Source of the DNA: Deferrisomatales bacterium
GTDB taxonomy: Bacteria; Desulfobacterota; Deferrisomatia; Deferrisomatales; JACRMM01
DNA: 51,103 nt
NCBI GenBank assembly: GCA_033551855.1
Contig: JAWSUI010000027.1
Location: forward strand, 1-51,103
Direction of reading: 5' to 3'
Made by a program: the position numbers and the translations under genes. Shown here piece by piece: positions 8,569 to 18,753 of the stretch (position 1 is its first letter; each line of letters begins with the position of its first letter). The notes under the pieces were generated by a model. It was not told where the DNA came from, ran no database searches, and worked only from the letters and a program-made list of their open reading frames with translations.

Positions 8569-8632
8569 CCCGGCCACCGCCTGCCGGCGCGCGCGGGAGG
8601 GGTTCGGAAACACACTCCAGGACGGGGTCGCC

Positions 8633-9196
8633 ATGAAGCTTCGAAAGATCGCCCAACGCTTCCTGCTGCCGCAATTCGCGGTCACGATGTACTACGGGCT
8701 GAAGTACGGCGCGATGGTGAGCCCCCGCGCCGAAGTGGAGTTGAGCCCGCTGCTGACGATCGGGAGGGGCTCGCAGATCGGGTCGTTTTGCAAGATCAAG
8801 GCAACGGACGGGCCCCTCGCCATCGGGCGAAACGTGTCCGTCGGTTCCAACAGCTTCATTTCATCGGAAGGAGGGGGGGTGGAGATCGGGGATGACACGA
8901 TGTTCGGGCCGGGCGTGTCGGTGGTCGGCAACAGCTACAAGTTCGACCGGTTGGACGTGCCGATGTGCCTGCAGGAGAAGACCTCGAAGGGGATCCGCAT
9001 CGGGCGGGACGTCTGGGTGGGGGCCGGCGCGGTCATCCTCGACGGCGTCACGGTGGGCGAAGGCGCGATCCTGGGGGCCGGGGCGGTCGTGACGCGGGAC
9101 GTGCCGGCCCGGGCCATCGTTGCGGGCGTTCCGGCCAAGGTGATCGGGAGCCGAGAGCGGGAGAGCGCGGCTCCGCCCGGCCCGGGCCGGCCATGA
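8633..9196 (+). CDS. Left-handed beta-helix (hexapeptide) acyltransferase
   Basis: '[51 protein letters not shown]'. Confidence 0.92.
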   Translation: MKLRKIAQRFLLPQFAVTMYYGLKYGAMVSPRAEVELSPLLTIGRGSQIGSFCKIKATDGPLAIGRNVSVGSNSFISSEGGGVEIGDDTMFGPGVSVVGNSYKFDRLDVPMCLQEKTSKGIRIGRDVWVGAGAVILDGVTVGEGAILGAGAVVTRDVPARAIVAGVPAKVIGSRERESAAPPGPGRP

Positions 9197-9236
9197 GCCC
9201 TCGACCGAGGCCGCGGCGCGTGTCCGGAGGGCCCGG

Positions 9237-10511
9237 ATGCCGGACGTGACCCCCGAACGGCGCAAGGTCGAGGCGCGTCGCATGATTGTGCTGATCGATC
9301 GGTACCTCCCGATCCTGGGGGGTGCGCAGAACAACGTGCACCTCCTGTGCCTCCGCCTTCGGGAGCTCGGCTGGGGCGTCACGGTTTTCACCCGGCGGGT
9401 CGACCGGAGCCTGCCGAAGGCGGAGACGATGGGTGGGATCGAGGTGCGGCGGTTCGCTCCATTTCCGGTCCGGCTCCTGTCGAAGGTGTGGTGTGCCGCT
9501 GCCTTCGTGTGGGAACTGATTCGGCGTCGGCGCGAGTACGACGTCGTGCTCGCTGTGCCGTGTATCCCGATGACCGCAGAATTGCCCGCCTACTTCGCCG
9601 CCCTGGTGACTCGCAAACCCTACCTCGTGCGGACGACGAGCGTGAATTTCGAGCGTTTGGTGACCCGCGGCCAGCCGGTGACTGTGCTCGACGAGGCGAT
9701 CCCCTCGGCCGTGTGGCGCCGGGTCTACCGCAGGGCGTGGGTCGTGGTAACCCAGTCGCGGTACATCGAGCAGCTAGCCCAAGACCTGGGCATCCGCAAC
9801 ACGGTGACGGTGCCGAACCCGGTCGATACGGAGCGCTTCGCCCCTGCGACCATAGCGGAGCGCCAGGTCTTGCGGAAGGAGCTCGGCCTGCCGGGGGACA
9901 AGGTTGTTGCCGTGTACACCAGTCGCTACGTGCGGGGAAAGAATCACCTGGCGCTCGTGCGGGCGGCGGCGCGCGTGGAGCGCGGGGAAAGGCCCGGCCG
10001 GCTGCACGTCGTGCTCCTGGGGGCGACCGAACGGGACCAGGCGAGCTCCAACGAGCGGGAGGTGAAGCGCTACGTTGCGGATCACGGCTTGGGGGGTTTC
10101 GTAGAGCTGCGAGACGATGTGCCGAACGTGGAGGACTACCTGCGGGCGGCCGACCTGTTCGTATTCCCGACCGTCTATGGAGAGGGAATGTCCAATGCGC
10201 AGCTCGAGGCGATGGCCTGCGGGTTGCCGGTGCTCGCCAGCAGGCTGCCCCAGGTGCTTGCCGCGCTGCCCGAGGACTGGCCCCTGAGCTTCGATCCGAA
10301 CGACGAGGAGGCGCTGGTGTCGCTGTTGTGTCGGATGATCGACGGGGCCGAGCAGCGGCGTGCACTGGGGGCCGAGTTGGCGAAACGGGTGCGAACCCGG
10401 CACGAGCCGGGCCGCATCGCGCGGGAGTATGCGCGGCTCCTCGCGTGCGCCGTCGAAGGTTCCCCGCCGCCGGAGTCACCGCCGGTCCTTGCGACGGGAG
10501 CCGACGCATGA
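9237..10511 (+). CDS. Glycosyltransferase family 4
   Basis: GGAGG RBS; 'YLPILGGAQ', 'VPNPVDTERFAP', 'ADLFVFPTVYGEGMSNAQLEAMACGLPVLAS'. Confidence 0.88.
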   Translation: MPDVTPERRKVEARRMIVLIDRYLPILGGAQNNVHLLCLRLRELGWGVTVFTRRVDRSLPKAETMGGIEVRRFAPFPVRLLSKVWCAAAFVWELIRRRREYDVVLAVPCIPMTAELPAYFAALVTRKPYLVRTTSVNFERLVTRGQPVTVLDEAIPSAVWRRVYRRAWVVVTQSRYIEQLAQDLGIRNTVTVPNPVDTERFAPATIAERQVLRKELGLPGDKVVAVYTSRYVRGKNHLALVRAAARVERGERPGRLHVVLLGATERDQASSNEREVKRYVADHGLGGFVELRDDVPNVEDYLRAADLFVFPTVYGEGMSNAQLEAMACGLPVLASRLPQVLAALPEDWPLSFDPNDEEALVSLLCRMIDGAEQRRALGAELAKRVRTRHEPGRIAREYARLLACAVEGSPPPESPPVLATGADA

Positions 10512-11683
10512 GCACGCGCCCGCGCGACGTCTCGCCGAACCGACCCATTCGTGTGCTGGCCTTGGCCGATCACCTCGGCCACCCCGACGGCCGGGTGCAC
10601 GGAGGGACCACCTATTTCCTCGACACCTACCCGGCACTCCAAAGGGCGGGCGTAGCGTTGACGGTCTGCTTCCAGTCGCGGCCGCACCCGGCCGGCGACG
10701 TCCTGAGGGAGCGGGGGGTCGAGCCGATCTTCCTCGGCCGGGCAAAGTGGGACCCCCGAGCCTATGGCGACGTGAAGCGCCTCGTCCGGCAGACGCGGGC
10801 CGAGATCCTGCACCTGGCGAGCTTCAAGTCGCACCTGATCGGGCGCCTTCTGCAGCCGGGGACGGGGGTGCGCACGATCGTCCACGTCCACGACCTGTTT
10901 CCCCCCACGGGCGCCGTGGGTTGGCTGCAGCGCCGGGTGGCCGGCCGCACCGACCTGGCCATCGGGGTGTCGGACGCGGCACGCCGCGTCGCGGTCGACG
11001 CCTACGGGATCGATGCCGCTCGAACGGTCACGCTGCACAACGGTATCGACCTGAGGCGGTTCGCGACCCTGGAGGACGGCGACCGCGCTCGGGTCCGGGA
11101 TGGTCTCGGCCTGGGGCCGGGCGACTACGTCGTCGGGATGGTGGGGCGGTTCGACCCGGTGAAGGGGCACGAGGACGCCCTTCGGGCCCTGAGCGCCCTC
11201 CAGGACGGTACCACCCGGCTGCTCTTGGTGGGCGACGGACCGACGAGGGCTGCCTGCGAAAGCTTGGCGGAGGGCCTGGGGCTCCGGGACGCCGTGCGGT
11301 TCACCGGCCAGCGAAGCGACGTCCCGGATCTCTTGAACGCGATGGACGTCCTCATTATGCCTTCTTCCGCAGAGGGGCTGGGTTTCGCCGCGATCGAGGC
11401 GTTCGCGGCGGGGAGGCCGGTGGTGGCGTACCCGGTGGGGGGGTTGGGTGAGATCGTCGCCCATGGGCACAACGGCCTCTTGGTCGAAGAAAGGCATTTC
11501 GAGGCCCTGGCAAGGGCCCTGGCTCGCTTGCGGGACGATCGTGCCTTGCGTGTCGCGCTGGGAAAACGGGCCAAGGAATCGGCCGGGAGCTTTTCGATCG
11601 ACGGCCACGTAAGGGGGTTGATCGGGCTCTACGAGGCGCTTCTGGCGGCTCCCCGCCGCGATGGGGGCGGCTCTCCCCCCTGA
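10508..11683 (+). CDS. Glycosyltransferase family 4
   Basis: ATG 10508 overlaps the upstream stop (ATGA); 'HNGIDLRRF', 'VGRFDPVKGH', 'MPSSAEGLGFAAIEAFAAGRPVV'. Confidence 0.88.
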   Translation: MSTRPRDVSPNRPIRVLALADHLGHPDGRVHGGTTYFLDTYPALQRAGVALTVCFQSRPHPAGDVLRERGVEPIFLGRAKWDPRAYGDVKRLVRQTRAEILHLASFKSHLIGRLLQPGTGVRTIVHVHDLFPPTGAVGWLQRRVAGRTDLAIGVSDAARRVAVDAYGIDAARTVTLHNGIDLRRFATLEDGDRARVRDGLGLGPGDYVVGMVGRFDPVKGHEDALRALSALQDGTTRLLLVGDGPTRAACESLAEGLGLRDAVRFTGQRSDVPDLLNAMDVLIMPSSAEGLGFAAIEAFAAGRPVVAYPVGGLGEIVAHGHNGLLVEERHFEALARALARLRDDRALRVALGKRAKESAGSFSIDGHVRGLIGLYEALLAAPRRDGGGSPP

Positions 11684-11703
11684 AGGGGTTGCCGAGGATT
11701 CGG

Positions 11704-12951
11704 ATGGAGCTTCTCTTTCACGCGTTCGTGCCGGGAGAGCCCCGTGCCGCCGGCACGCAGCAGTCGGTGCGCGTGTGCTACTTCCTGGCTCGGAATGGGG
11801 TCCGCGTCCACCTTCACCTGGCGTCGTGTTTCTTCCACGACCGGGCGCATGTGCTCGAGTTTTTCGGGCTCGAGGACGAGCCGAACCTGCTGCTCTATCT
11901 GTATTCGATCCGTCAGGGCGGCCGCCTGGCGAAGCTGCAGGGCTCCTGGTGGCATCTCCGGCGGCTGCTGACGCTGCTCCTGACGGGGGAGAAGCGCCGC
12001 TACGACGTGTTCTTCGCGAGGGGGCACCGTTTCCCGGCGTTGCATGTCATGCTCCGACGGGTTCTCGGGTACAAGGTGGTCTTCGAGCTGCACGAGATCA
12101 TCTATCTCGACCGCGTTCCCGAGGAAAGGCTCCTGTCCGAGACGAGGCTGCTCGATTGGGAGCGCTACAGCTACAGACACGCCGACGGCGTGATCGCCAT
12201 TTCGGAGACCCTCAAGGACCTGGCGGAAAGGAAGTGGGGCCGGCGGCAGACGATCACGGTCATCCCGTCCGGCGCCGTGACCTTCGAAAGCAGGCCGCTC
12301 CCGGACGACCACGCCATTCGGCGCGTGTTCTTCGTGGGAAACTGCTACCCGTTCAGTGGGGTCGACGACCTCGTGCGGGCCATCGCCGAAGTGCCGGAGG
12401 CCACCCTGAGGGTGGTCGGCGGCGGGGGACCGGACGACCCGGACCGGCTTCGCCTCGCGGCGCTGATCTCTCGCCTCGGCCTGGGCGATCGGGTCGAGCT
12501 CCGGGGCTTCGTGGAACCGTCCCGACTCTCCCTCGTCTATGCGGAAGCGGACGTGCTGGCCATTCCTCTGGGGAACCAGGTTCGGTGCAAGTACTTCATG
12601 TCGCCGCTGAAGCTCTTCGAGTACATGAGTGCCCGGCGGCCGATCGTGGCGTCCGCACACCCCACCATCCGCGAGATCCTGAGGGACGGTCACAACGCGC
12701 TCCTGACCGAGCCCGGGCGCCCAGGGAGCATCGCGGGGGCGATTGCCCGGCTGATGGCGGACCCGACCCTCGCGCGGCGGATCGCCGAACAGGCCTACGC
12801 GGATGCCCCACAATACGCGATGCCTGAGAAGTGCGCGGCAATCAAGCATTTCTTGGAAGAAAACATCGTCGGACCGGCCCACCGGGCCCGAGGGGGATCG
12901 GTGCGGAACGGGCGGGAAGTCCACCAGCAGCAAGCTACGAAGAGGCTCTGA
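11704..12951 (+). CDS. Glycosyltransferase family 4
   Basis: ATG after GAGGA (alternative TTG 11689); 'VVFELHE', 'ADGVIAIS', 'YFMSPLKLFEYMSARRPIVAS'. Confidence 0.85.
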   Translation: MELLFHAFVPGEPRAAGTQQSVRVCYFLARNGVRVHLHLASCFFHDRAHVLEFFGLEDEPNLLLYLYSIRQGGRLAKLQGSWWHLRRLLTLLLTGEKRRYDVFFARGHRFPALHVMLRRVLGYKVVFELHEIIYLDRVPEERLLSETRLLDWERYSYRHADGVIAISETLKDLAERKWGRRQTITVIPSGAVTFESRPLPDDHAIRRVFFVGNCYPFSGVDDLVRAIAEVPEATLRVVGGGGPDDPDRLRLAALISRLGLGDRVELRGFVEPSRLSLVYAEADVLAIPLGNQVRCKYFMSPLKLFEYMSARRPIVASAHPTIREILRDGHNALLTEPGRPGSIAGAIARLMADPTLARRIAEQAYADAPQYAMPEKCAAIKHFLEENIVGPAHRARGGSVRNGREVHQQQATKRL

Positions 12952-12970
12952 CGAGGCGCAGGAGCAACGT

Positions 12971-13897
12971 ATGCTTCCCCTGGTTCGAGAAGTGCGCAAC
13001 AAGTGGGAGAAGAACTGGCCGGAAGTGCACGCCCTCCCGACGGGCGGGCTGCCGCGTTTTACCTACGCCAGGCGCCCGGGGGACCTGGGCAGCAGTGTTC
13101 CGGTGTTCTGCTATCACACCATCGACGCGGAGAGGTTCGAGGGAGATCTCGAATTCCTGGTCGCCAACGGCTACCGTACGATCGGCGCGGATGCCCTTCT
13201 CGACCACCTGGAGGAACGGTGCCCCGCCCCGGAGCGGGCGGTGGTGCTCTCCTTCGACGACAGTGCCCGGAATCTCTACGAAGTCGTCTATCCCCTGCTG
13301 AGACGCTACCGGATGAACGCCGTTGCGTTCGTGGCCCCTCGCTTCCATGAGGGCGCGGTGACGGGCGGCGGCGAGGGCGGCCTCTGGGGTGGGACGAAAT
13401 CCGGGAAATGTCGGACCCCGGGGTGATCGATGTCCGATCCCCCTCGTATGAGCACAGGCACGTGCCGAGATTGCCGGAGCCGGTTCCCCTTACGGGCTTG
13501 GTAGGACACGCTCGCGCGGGCGATGCGAAGCCCGCCCCTGACCCTGGAAGAGGACTTTCGCCAGGCGAAGAGCGTCCTCCAGACCAGACTCGACAAGCCC
13601 TTGCGCCATCTCGCGTTTCCGCCGTTCCGCGGGACAGAGGAGGCGATCGTTCTCGGCCGGGCCGTCGGGTACCGGTGGTTCTACTGGGGAGCCTTGGCGT
13701 GCCACCCCGGCAACGGACCCGGCCAGTCCCCCGCTTACATCGCCCGCCTGGACAGGCTCTTTGTCCGGCGCCTGCCGGGTGTCGGGAGGGCGCGTCTGAG
13801 AGATGTCCTTTTTAATGACGCAGGACACTGGGCATGTGACGTGGAATGGCAAAAGGGGAGAGAAGTATTTGAAAAAGATCAAAGATTCCGCATTTAA
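12971..13897 (+). pseudogene. Polysaccharide deacetylase (NodB-like) split by two frameshifts
   Basis: First frame has 'VPVFCYH...GYRTI...VVLSFDD...VYPLLRRYRMNAVAFV'. It shifts near 13385 to 'WDEIREMSDPGVIDVRSPSYEHR' and near 13510 to 'EEDFRQAKSVLQTRLDKPLRHLAFP...GYRWFY'. Sequencing error cannot be excluded. Confidence 0.75.
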
Positions 13898-15221
13898 GCA
13901 TTTAGCTGGTGACCATCTATTTCGCAGAATACTGAAAAACTCAAGTTTTCTCTTGACAGGCGATGCAGTTGGCTCCGGGATTCGGCTGATTTGCATGGCG
14001 TTGACGGCGCGAGTTTTAGGTGTTGAATTTTTTGGTGTTTTGGTATTGATTCAAACATATGTTGGAGTAGTAGATCGGCTGATAAATTTCCAATGTTGGC
14101 AGGCGGTGATTCGTTTTGGTGCGTCCTGCGTCAATGAGCCTGACCGGTTTAAGAAGCTGATACGTTATACGGTGAAGGTAGAGTTGGCGACCTCGGCTGC
14201 GGCAACCTGTCTGACCATCTTGCTCTCACCTGCCATTGTCAGGTGGTTTGGTTGGGAAAAAGCCATCATATGGATGATCGTTTTTTATAGCCCTGTAACA
14301 TTATTCAATTTGACCGGCACCTCCATCGGAGTTCTGCGACTTTTTGATCAGTATCGACGTCTCGGATTGCAAAGAATTTATTCAGCTGTTTTCAAGCTGG
14401 CGGGAATCTTGGCGCTGGTGGTGTTTGGTGGCGGAATCTGGGGTTTCCTGTTCGTTTGGATGGTGACCTCCGTGGTGGAGTACCTACTCTTGGGCTGGTT
14501 CGCCTGGATCACGCTTCGCGAGCGGGGTATGGGCGATTTTCTGCGAGGTGATTCGTCGTCGTCACCTCCCAATGACAAAAGCCTTTTCAGGTTCATGGTC
14601 ATTACGAATCTGCACGGCAGCGTGCGGATGAGCTCGCGAGAAGTGGATACTCTAATCGTAGGATGGCTCATTGGTGACGTTGCGGCAGGCATGTACAAGG
14701 TTGCAAAGTTGTTTTCTTTAATCCTTTCAAAATTATCCGACCCAATCTACGAGGTTGTGTATCCAGAATTGGCGCGGCTGGTGGTGGAGGGCAGGCGAAA
14801 GGCTATGATTCTGTTGATGGGCAAATCGGCATTATTGGGTGGGGGCCTTGCCTTGAGCGTTTGGTTCACATTTTATGTGTTCGGATCGAACATTATTCAT
14901 CTGACCGTCGGCCCTGAATTTCTGAACGTCTTGGGCGCTTTGCTGTGGTACATGGGGGCAATTGTATTGGCCTCGGCAGGTTTGCCTCTTTCGCCGGCAC
15001 TGCTGGCGATGGGGCGCCCGGCTTTGATTCTCTGTGTCGATGTTGGGAGTACTATACTATACTACTGTGCCCTTTTCGGATTCATCATGTTTGGTTCACT
15101 TGGAATAGAAGGGGCGGGAGCAGCGTACCTAGTTTACTATGTTCTGTGGAGTCTGGGGATGCTCGCATGTTTGGTTGTCTTGATCAGCAGGAAAAATATA
15201 CATATCCTCGATAACGCGTAG
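13869..15221 (+). CDS. Wzx-type oligosaccharide flippase (lower GC)
   Basis: Multiple hydrophobic segments; 'ILKNSSFLLTG...TARVLGVEFFGVL', 'DTLIVGWLIGDVAAGMYKVAK', 'VVYPELARL'. TTG 13869 follows AGGGGAG; ATG 13803 is an alternative start. Confidence 0.85.
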   Translation: MKKIKDSAFKHLAGDHLFRRILKNSSFLLTGDAVGSGIRLICMALTARVLGVEFFGVLVLIQTYVGVVDRLINFQCWQAVIRFGASCVNEPDRFKKLIRYTVKVELATSAAATCLTILLSPAIVRWFGWEKAIIWMIVFYSPVTLFNLTGTSIGVLRLFDQYRRLGLQRIYSAVFKLAGILALVVFGGGIWGFLFVWMVTSVVEYLLLGWFAWITLRERGMGDFLRGDSSSSPPNDKSLFRFMVITNLHGSVRMSSREVDTLIVGWLIGDVAAGMYKVAKLFSLILSKLSDPIYEVVYPELARLVVEGRRKAMILLMGKSALLGGGLALSVWFTFYVFGSNIIHLTVGPEFLNVLGALLWYMGAIVLASAGLPLSPALLAMGRPALILCVDVGSTILYYCALFGFIMFGSLGIEGAGAAYLVYYVLWSLGMLACLVVLISRKNIHILDNA

Positions 15222-15233
15222 GCTGAGGTTGAC

Positions 15234-16352
15234 ATGAGAATTGCCTTCTGCCCAAATGTCAATGTTCCAACCAGAGCCGCTGAAGGCCTCGACGTCATGA
15301 AAAGATGTCAGTGGTTTAGCAAGATCGGAAACGAGGTTACACTCTTTGTGCCGAATGTACCCGGACCTGAGTCGGATCAGGATCCATACATGTTTTATGG
15401 AATGGAGAATATCTTCGGTATTGTGAAGCTTCCTTGGGTCGGCGTTCCGGGGAAGCGCCTCTTGTGTGGATACCTGGCTGCGAGGGGCGCCAAACGGAAG
15501 GGTGCCGACTTGGTCTATGCGCGGTCGGTTTATGCGGCTTATTTCGCGGCAGGGTTGGGTATCGATGTGATCCTGGAGTCCCACAATCCAATCCGGGACG
15601 AAGGCAGGATGCCTGAGTGGGTGTTTCGGCGGATCCGGCGATCGGGAGGCTTCAAGAGGCTTGTAGTGATCACAGGGGCGCTCAAGGAATACTTCGAGGA
15701 GCGGTATGGCCTTGACGGGAAAATGATCATGGTTGCCCCCAGTGGTGCTGATCCGGCGGAGGAGGTGGAGCCGATGAGTTTGGGGAGCGACCGCTTTAGC
15801 GTTGGGTATGTGGGGCACCTTTATCCCGGCAAGGGAATGGAGGTAGTTGGGATGGTCTCCAAGCTTTGCCCCTGGGCTGACTTTCACGTCGTAGGGGGGA
15901 CAGAAGTCGATATACAGCGGTGGAAGAGTGAGTTGGTGGGAAACCCCAACGTGATCTTCCACGGATATGTTCTTCCGTCGGAGACTGTAAAATATAGGGC
16001 TGCGTTTGACGTCCTTGTCGTGCCGAACCAGCGGACGGTCTCGATTTTCGGTGGTGGATCGGATATTGGGAAATGGACTTCCCCTTTGAAGCTTTTCGAG
16101 TACATGTCGGCCGGCAAGCCAATTATTTGCTCCGACTTGCCTGTACTCCGGGAGGTGGTCGTAGACGGAGAAACTGCGCTGTTATGCGATCCGGAAAAAG
16201 CCGAGGATTGGGCGGAGGCATTGATCCGGCTTCGAGACGACGAGGACCTTCGTGGTCGGTTGGGTGCGTCGGCACGAAGGGAATTCTTGGCGAGCTACAC
16301 ATGGGAGGTACGGGCGAAAAAAGTGCTATCTGGCTTGAAGGAGTCGGGTTGA
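15234..16352 (+). CDS. Glycosyltransferase family 4 (lower GC)
   Basis: 'VGYVGHLYPGKGME', 'WTSPLKLFEYMSAGKPIICSDLPVLREVV'. Confidence 0.92.
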   Translation: MRIAFCPNVNVPTRAAEGLDVMKRCQWFSKIGNEVTLFVPNVPGPESDQDPYMFYGMENIFGIVKLPWVGVPGKRLLCGYLAARGAKRKGADLVYARSVYAAYFAAGLGIDVILESHNPIRDEGRMPEWVFRRIRRSGGFKRLVVITGALKEYFEERYGLDGKMIMVAPSGADPAEEVEPMSLGSDRFSVGYVGHLYPGKGMEVVGMVSKLCPWADFHVVGGTEVDIQRWKSELVGNPNVIFHGYVLPSETVKYRAAFDVLVVPNQRTVSIFGGGSDIGKWTSPLKLFEYMSAGKPIICSDLPVLREVVVDGETALLCDPEKAEDWAEALIRLRDDEDLRGRLGASARREFLASYTWEVRAKKVLSGLKESG

Positions 16353-16649
16353 AGGGAGCCAGGGATGGTTTCAGGGGATTCGCGGAGTCCGTATCGTCGG
16401 TGCGCCTTTGCCGGGATGCGTCGGTGGGTCGGGCGCGGTCGGGGAATGTGGCCTCCCTTTGGGCGGTGATCCCCGGGGGATGTCTCGGCCAGACAAAACG
16501 CCGGGATATCCAATGCTTTCGTCGCTGAGGAAACCTTCCCTGGCCCGCACGTTCCGCGCACGGATCAGGATGGGGACGGCCCCCTCCGCAAGGGAGCACA
16601 GGCCCGAGGCGTTCGGGTTCATCCCTGCGGCAGGAGGGTGGTGGCTCAA

Positions 16650-16665
16650 CGGTGCGCCCCTTGCA
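16650..16665 (+). promoter_or_regulatory. Putative sigma54 (-24/-12) promoter, with an upstream palindrome TGTCT-N5-AGACA at 16481-16495
   Basis: CGGTGCGCCCCTTGCA has the GG-N10-GC spacing and TTGCA of the TGGCACG-N4-TTGCW consensus. It sits in a ~460-nt intergenic gap 150 nt before ATG 16816. Confidence 0.45.
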
Positions 16666-16815
16666 TGGAAACTCCGGAAGGGATGGGCGAGACGCCATGC
16701 GGGGATGGGTGTCGGGGACGCGGGGCGGCCGGCGGGGGGACAGACAGAAAGTGAGAGGGTCCGACGTGCGAGGCGGGGTCGATGCCGCGAAGGAGGCGGA
16801 GGAGAGGTGGAACCG

Positions 16816-17664
16816 ATGAGGAGCTCGATCGGGACGGCGTCTCACTCCCAGGGCTTGGCCTCTGCGGGGGCCCCCTGGCAGCTGCGCATGTTCTCGAAGA
16901 GCATCAAGAAGCGCCAGAAGGTCGCCTTGCTCCTGCGCCAGCTCGGGGCGACCGAGGGCAAGGCGTGCCTGCTCGTCACGAACGGGGACAACAACGGGGT
17001 GCTCAACTACTGGTTCCGGGCCCACGGGGGCGACTGGACCTGGGTGGAGAACGAGGCGCGCCAGATCCCGGAGATGGAGGCGTTCCTCGGGGAGGAGGTC
17101 TGGAAGGGGAGCGGCTCCCGGATCCCGGCCGAGGATGCCCGGTTCGACGTGGTGGTGAGCATCGACGTCCACGAGCACCTGGACGACTGCGGTCCCTTCA
17201 ACCGGGAGCTCTGCCGCGTCGCGAAGCCCGGGGCCACGGTCGTGGTGACGACCCCGAACGGGGACCCGTGGAAGCCGGTCACCGTGCTGAAGAACCTCGT
17301 GGGGATGACCAAGGAGAAGTACGGCCACGTGGTGATCGGCTACAACGTGGCCCAGCACACGGCCATGCTCTCGGAGGCCGGGCTGCGGGTCGAGGCGTCG
17401 GGCAGCTACTCGAAGCTCTTCAGCGAGCTGCTCGAGCTCGGGATCAACTTCGCCTACGTCGCGGTGCTCTCCCGGAAGCGGGGCGCAGAGGTCCCCCAGG
17501 GGACGATTGCCCCGACCTCCCGGGACCAGATGAAGTCCGTGGAGAAGCAGCTCCGGCTCTACTCCGCGGTCTACCCCCTGTTCCGGCTTGTCTCGGGGTT
17601 TGACCTTCTCTTGTTCCCCTTCACTGGGTACGCGGTCTCGGTCGTGGCGAGGAAGCCCGGGTGA
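16816..17664 (+). CDS. Class I SAM-dependent methyltransferase-like protein
   Basis: GAGGTG RBS; 'IPAEDARFDVVVSIDVHEHLDD...ELCRVAKPGATVVVTTPN', 'GHVVIGY'. Motif I is atypical (LLVTNGDNNG). Confidence 0.8.
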   Translation: MRSSIGTASHSQGLASAGAPWQLRMFSKSIKKRQKVALLLRQLGATEGKACLLVTNGDNNGVLNYWFRAHGGDWTWVENEARQIPEMEAFLGEEVWKGSGSRIPAEDARFDVVVSIDVHEHLDDCGPFNRELCRVAKPGATVVVTTPNGDPWKPVTVLKNLVGMTKEKYGHVVIGYNVAQHTAMLSEAGLRVEASGSYSKLFSELLELGINFAYVAVLSRKRGAEVPQGTIAPTSRDQMKSVEKQLRLYSAVYPLFRLVSGFDLLLFPFTGYAVSVVARKPG

Positions 17665-18689
17665 GGGCGGGGACGGGCGTGCGCCGGGCCCTGGTGACCG
17701 GCGCCGGGGGGTTCATCGGGAGCCACCTGGCCGCCGAGCTCCGGCGCCGGGACTGGGCGGTCGTCGCCCTGGACCTGGACCTGGCGCGGGTGCGCCACCT
17801 GGCGGGAGGGCGGGGCTTCGAGCTGCTGGAGGGGGACGTGGGGGACGGGGAGACCCAGCGGCATGCCCTGCGGGGGGCGGACACGGTGTTCCACCTCGCC
17901 GCCGCCCACCTGGGCGTTTCCCAGGGGGACGCGGAGTTCCGCCGGGTGAACGTGGAGGCGGTCCAGACCCTCGTGCACGCGGCCCGGGAGGCCGGGGTCC
18001 GCCGGTTCGTCCACTGCAGCAGCGTGGGCGTCTACGGGCACCTCGAGCGCATGCCGGCGGACGAGGACACCCCCTGCCGGCCCGACCTCGTCTACGAGGA
18101 GACGAAGCTGGCCGGCGAGACCGTGGTCCGGGACGCCGCCCGCGAGGGGTTTCCGGCGGTGATCCTGCGGCCCGCCTGGGTCTATGGGCCGGGTTGCCCG
18201 CGCACCGAGAGGCTCTTCCGCACGATCCGCAAGGGACGGTTCGTGATGGCAGGCAAGGGGGACACCTTGCGCCACTGCGTCTACGTGCGGGACATGGTGG
18301 ACGCCTTCCGCCTCGCAGCCGATGCCGAGGCGGCCCTGGGACGGGTAATCGTGGTGGGGGACGAGGGGGCGGTGGCCCTGCGCCGCCTCGTGGACGAGAT
18401 TGCCGGCCTCGTGGGGGCCCGCCCCCCCCGGTCCGTCCCCTTGGCCCTCTTCCGCTGGGCGGCCCGGGCCTTCGAGGCCGCGTACCGGCCCCTGGGAAAG
18501 GAGCCCCCCCTGTCCGGGCGCACCCTGAAGTTCTTCACCGGCGCGACGAGCTTCGACATCTCCCGGGCGCGGGAGCTCCTGGGGTTTCGTCCCGGGTACG
18601 ACCTGACCCGGGGCCTCGCCGAGACCTGGGCGGTGCTCTCGGACCCGGCGCCCTGGCGGGTCCCCCTCCCGGAGCGGGGACCGGCATGA
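17661..18689 (+). CDS. NAD-dependent epimerase/dehydratase (extended SDR)
   Basis: GTG overlaps the upstream stop; 'ALVTGAGGFIGSHL', 'HCSSVGVYG', 'YEETK'. Confidence 0.9.
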   Translation: MRAGTGVRRALVTGAGGFIGSHLAAELRRRDWAVVALDLDLARVRHLAGGRGFELLEGDVGDGETQRHALRGADTVFHLAAAHLGVSQGDAEFRRVNVEAVQTLVHAAREAGVRRFVHCSSVGVYGHLERMPADEDTPCRPDLVYEETKLAGETVVRDAAREGFPAVILRPAWVYGPGCPRTERLFRTIRKGRFVMAGKGDTLRHCVYVRDMVDAFRLAADAEAALGRVIVVGDEGAVALRRLVDEIAGLVGARPPRSVPLALFRWAARAFEAAYRPLGKEPPLSGRTLKFFTGATSFDISRARELLGFRPGYDLTRGLAETWAVLSDPAPWRVPLPERGPA

Positions 18690-18753
18690 GGTGGGGAGGA
18701 CGCACGGGGGCGCGTGCCCGTCCTGCGGGGCACCCCATCGGAGGGGCCGGCTG

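Noticed and set aside
5110..8685. 1191-aa minus-strand ORF and other long antisense ORFs (18535-21042, 20426-22516, 22548-24776, 34094-36079, 41655-43646)
   Set aside because: They are shadows of well-supported genes on the opposite strand. High GC suppresses stop codons, and the translations carry no recognisable motifs.
9347..11683. Long N-terminal extensions in the ORF track (starts at 9347, 20956, 21819, 24493, 26595, 34076, 48638) suggesting fusion proteins
   Set aside because: The extensions overlap upstream genes in another frame. RBS and stop/start overlaps support the shorter starts used here.
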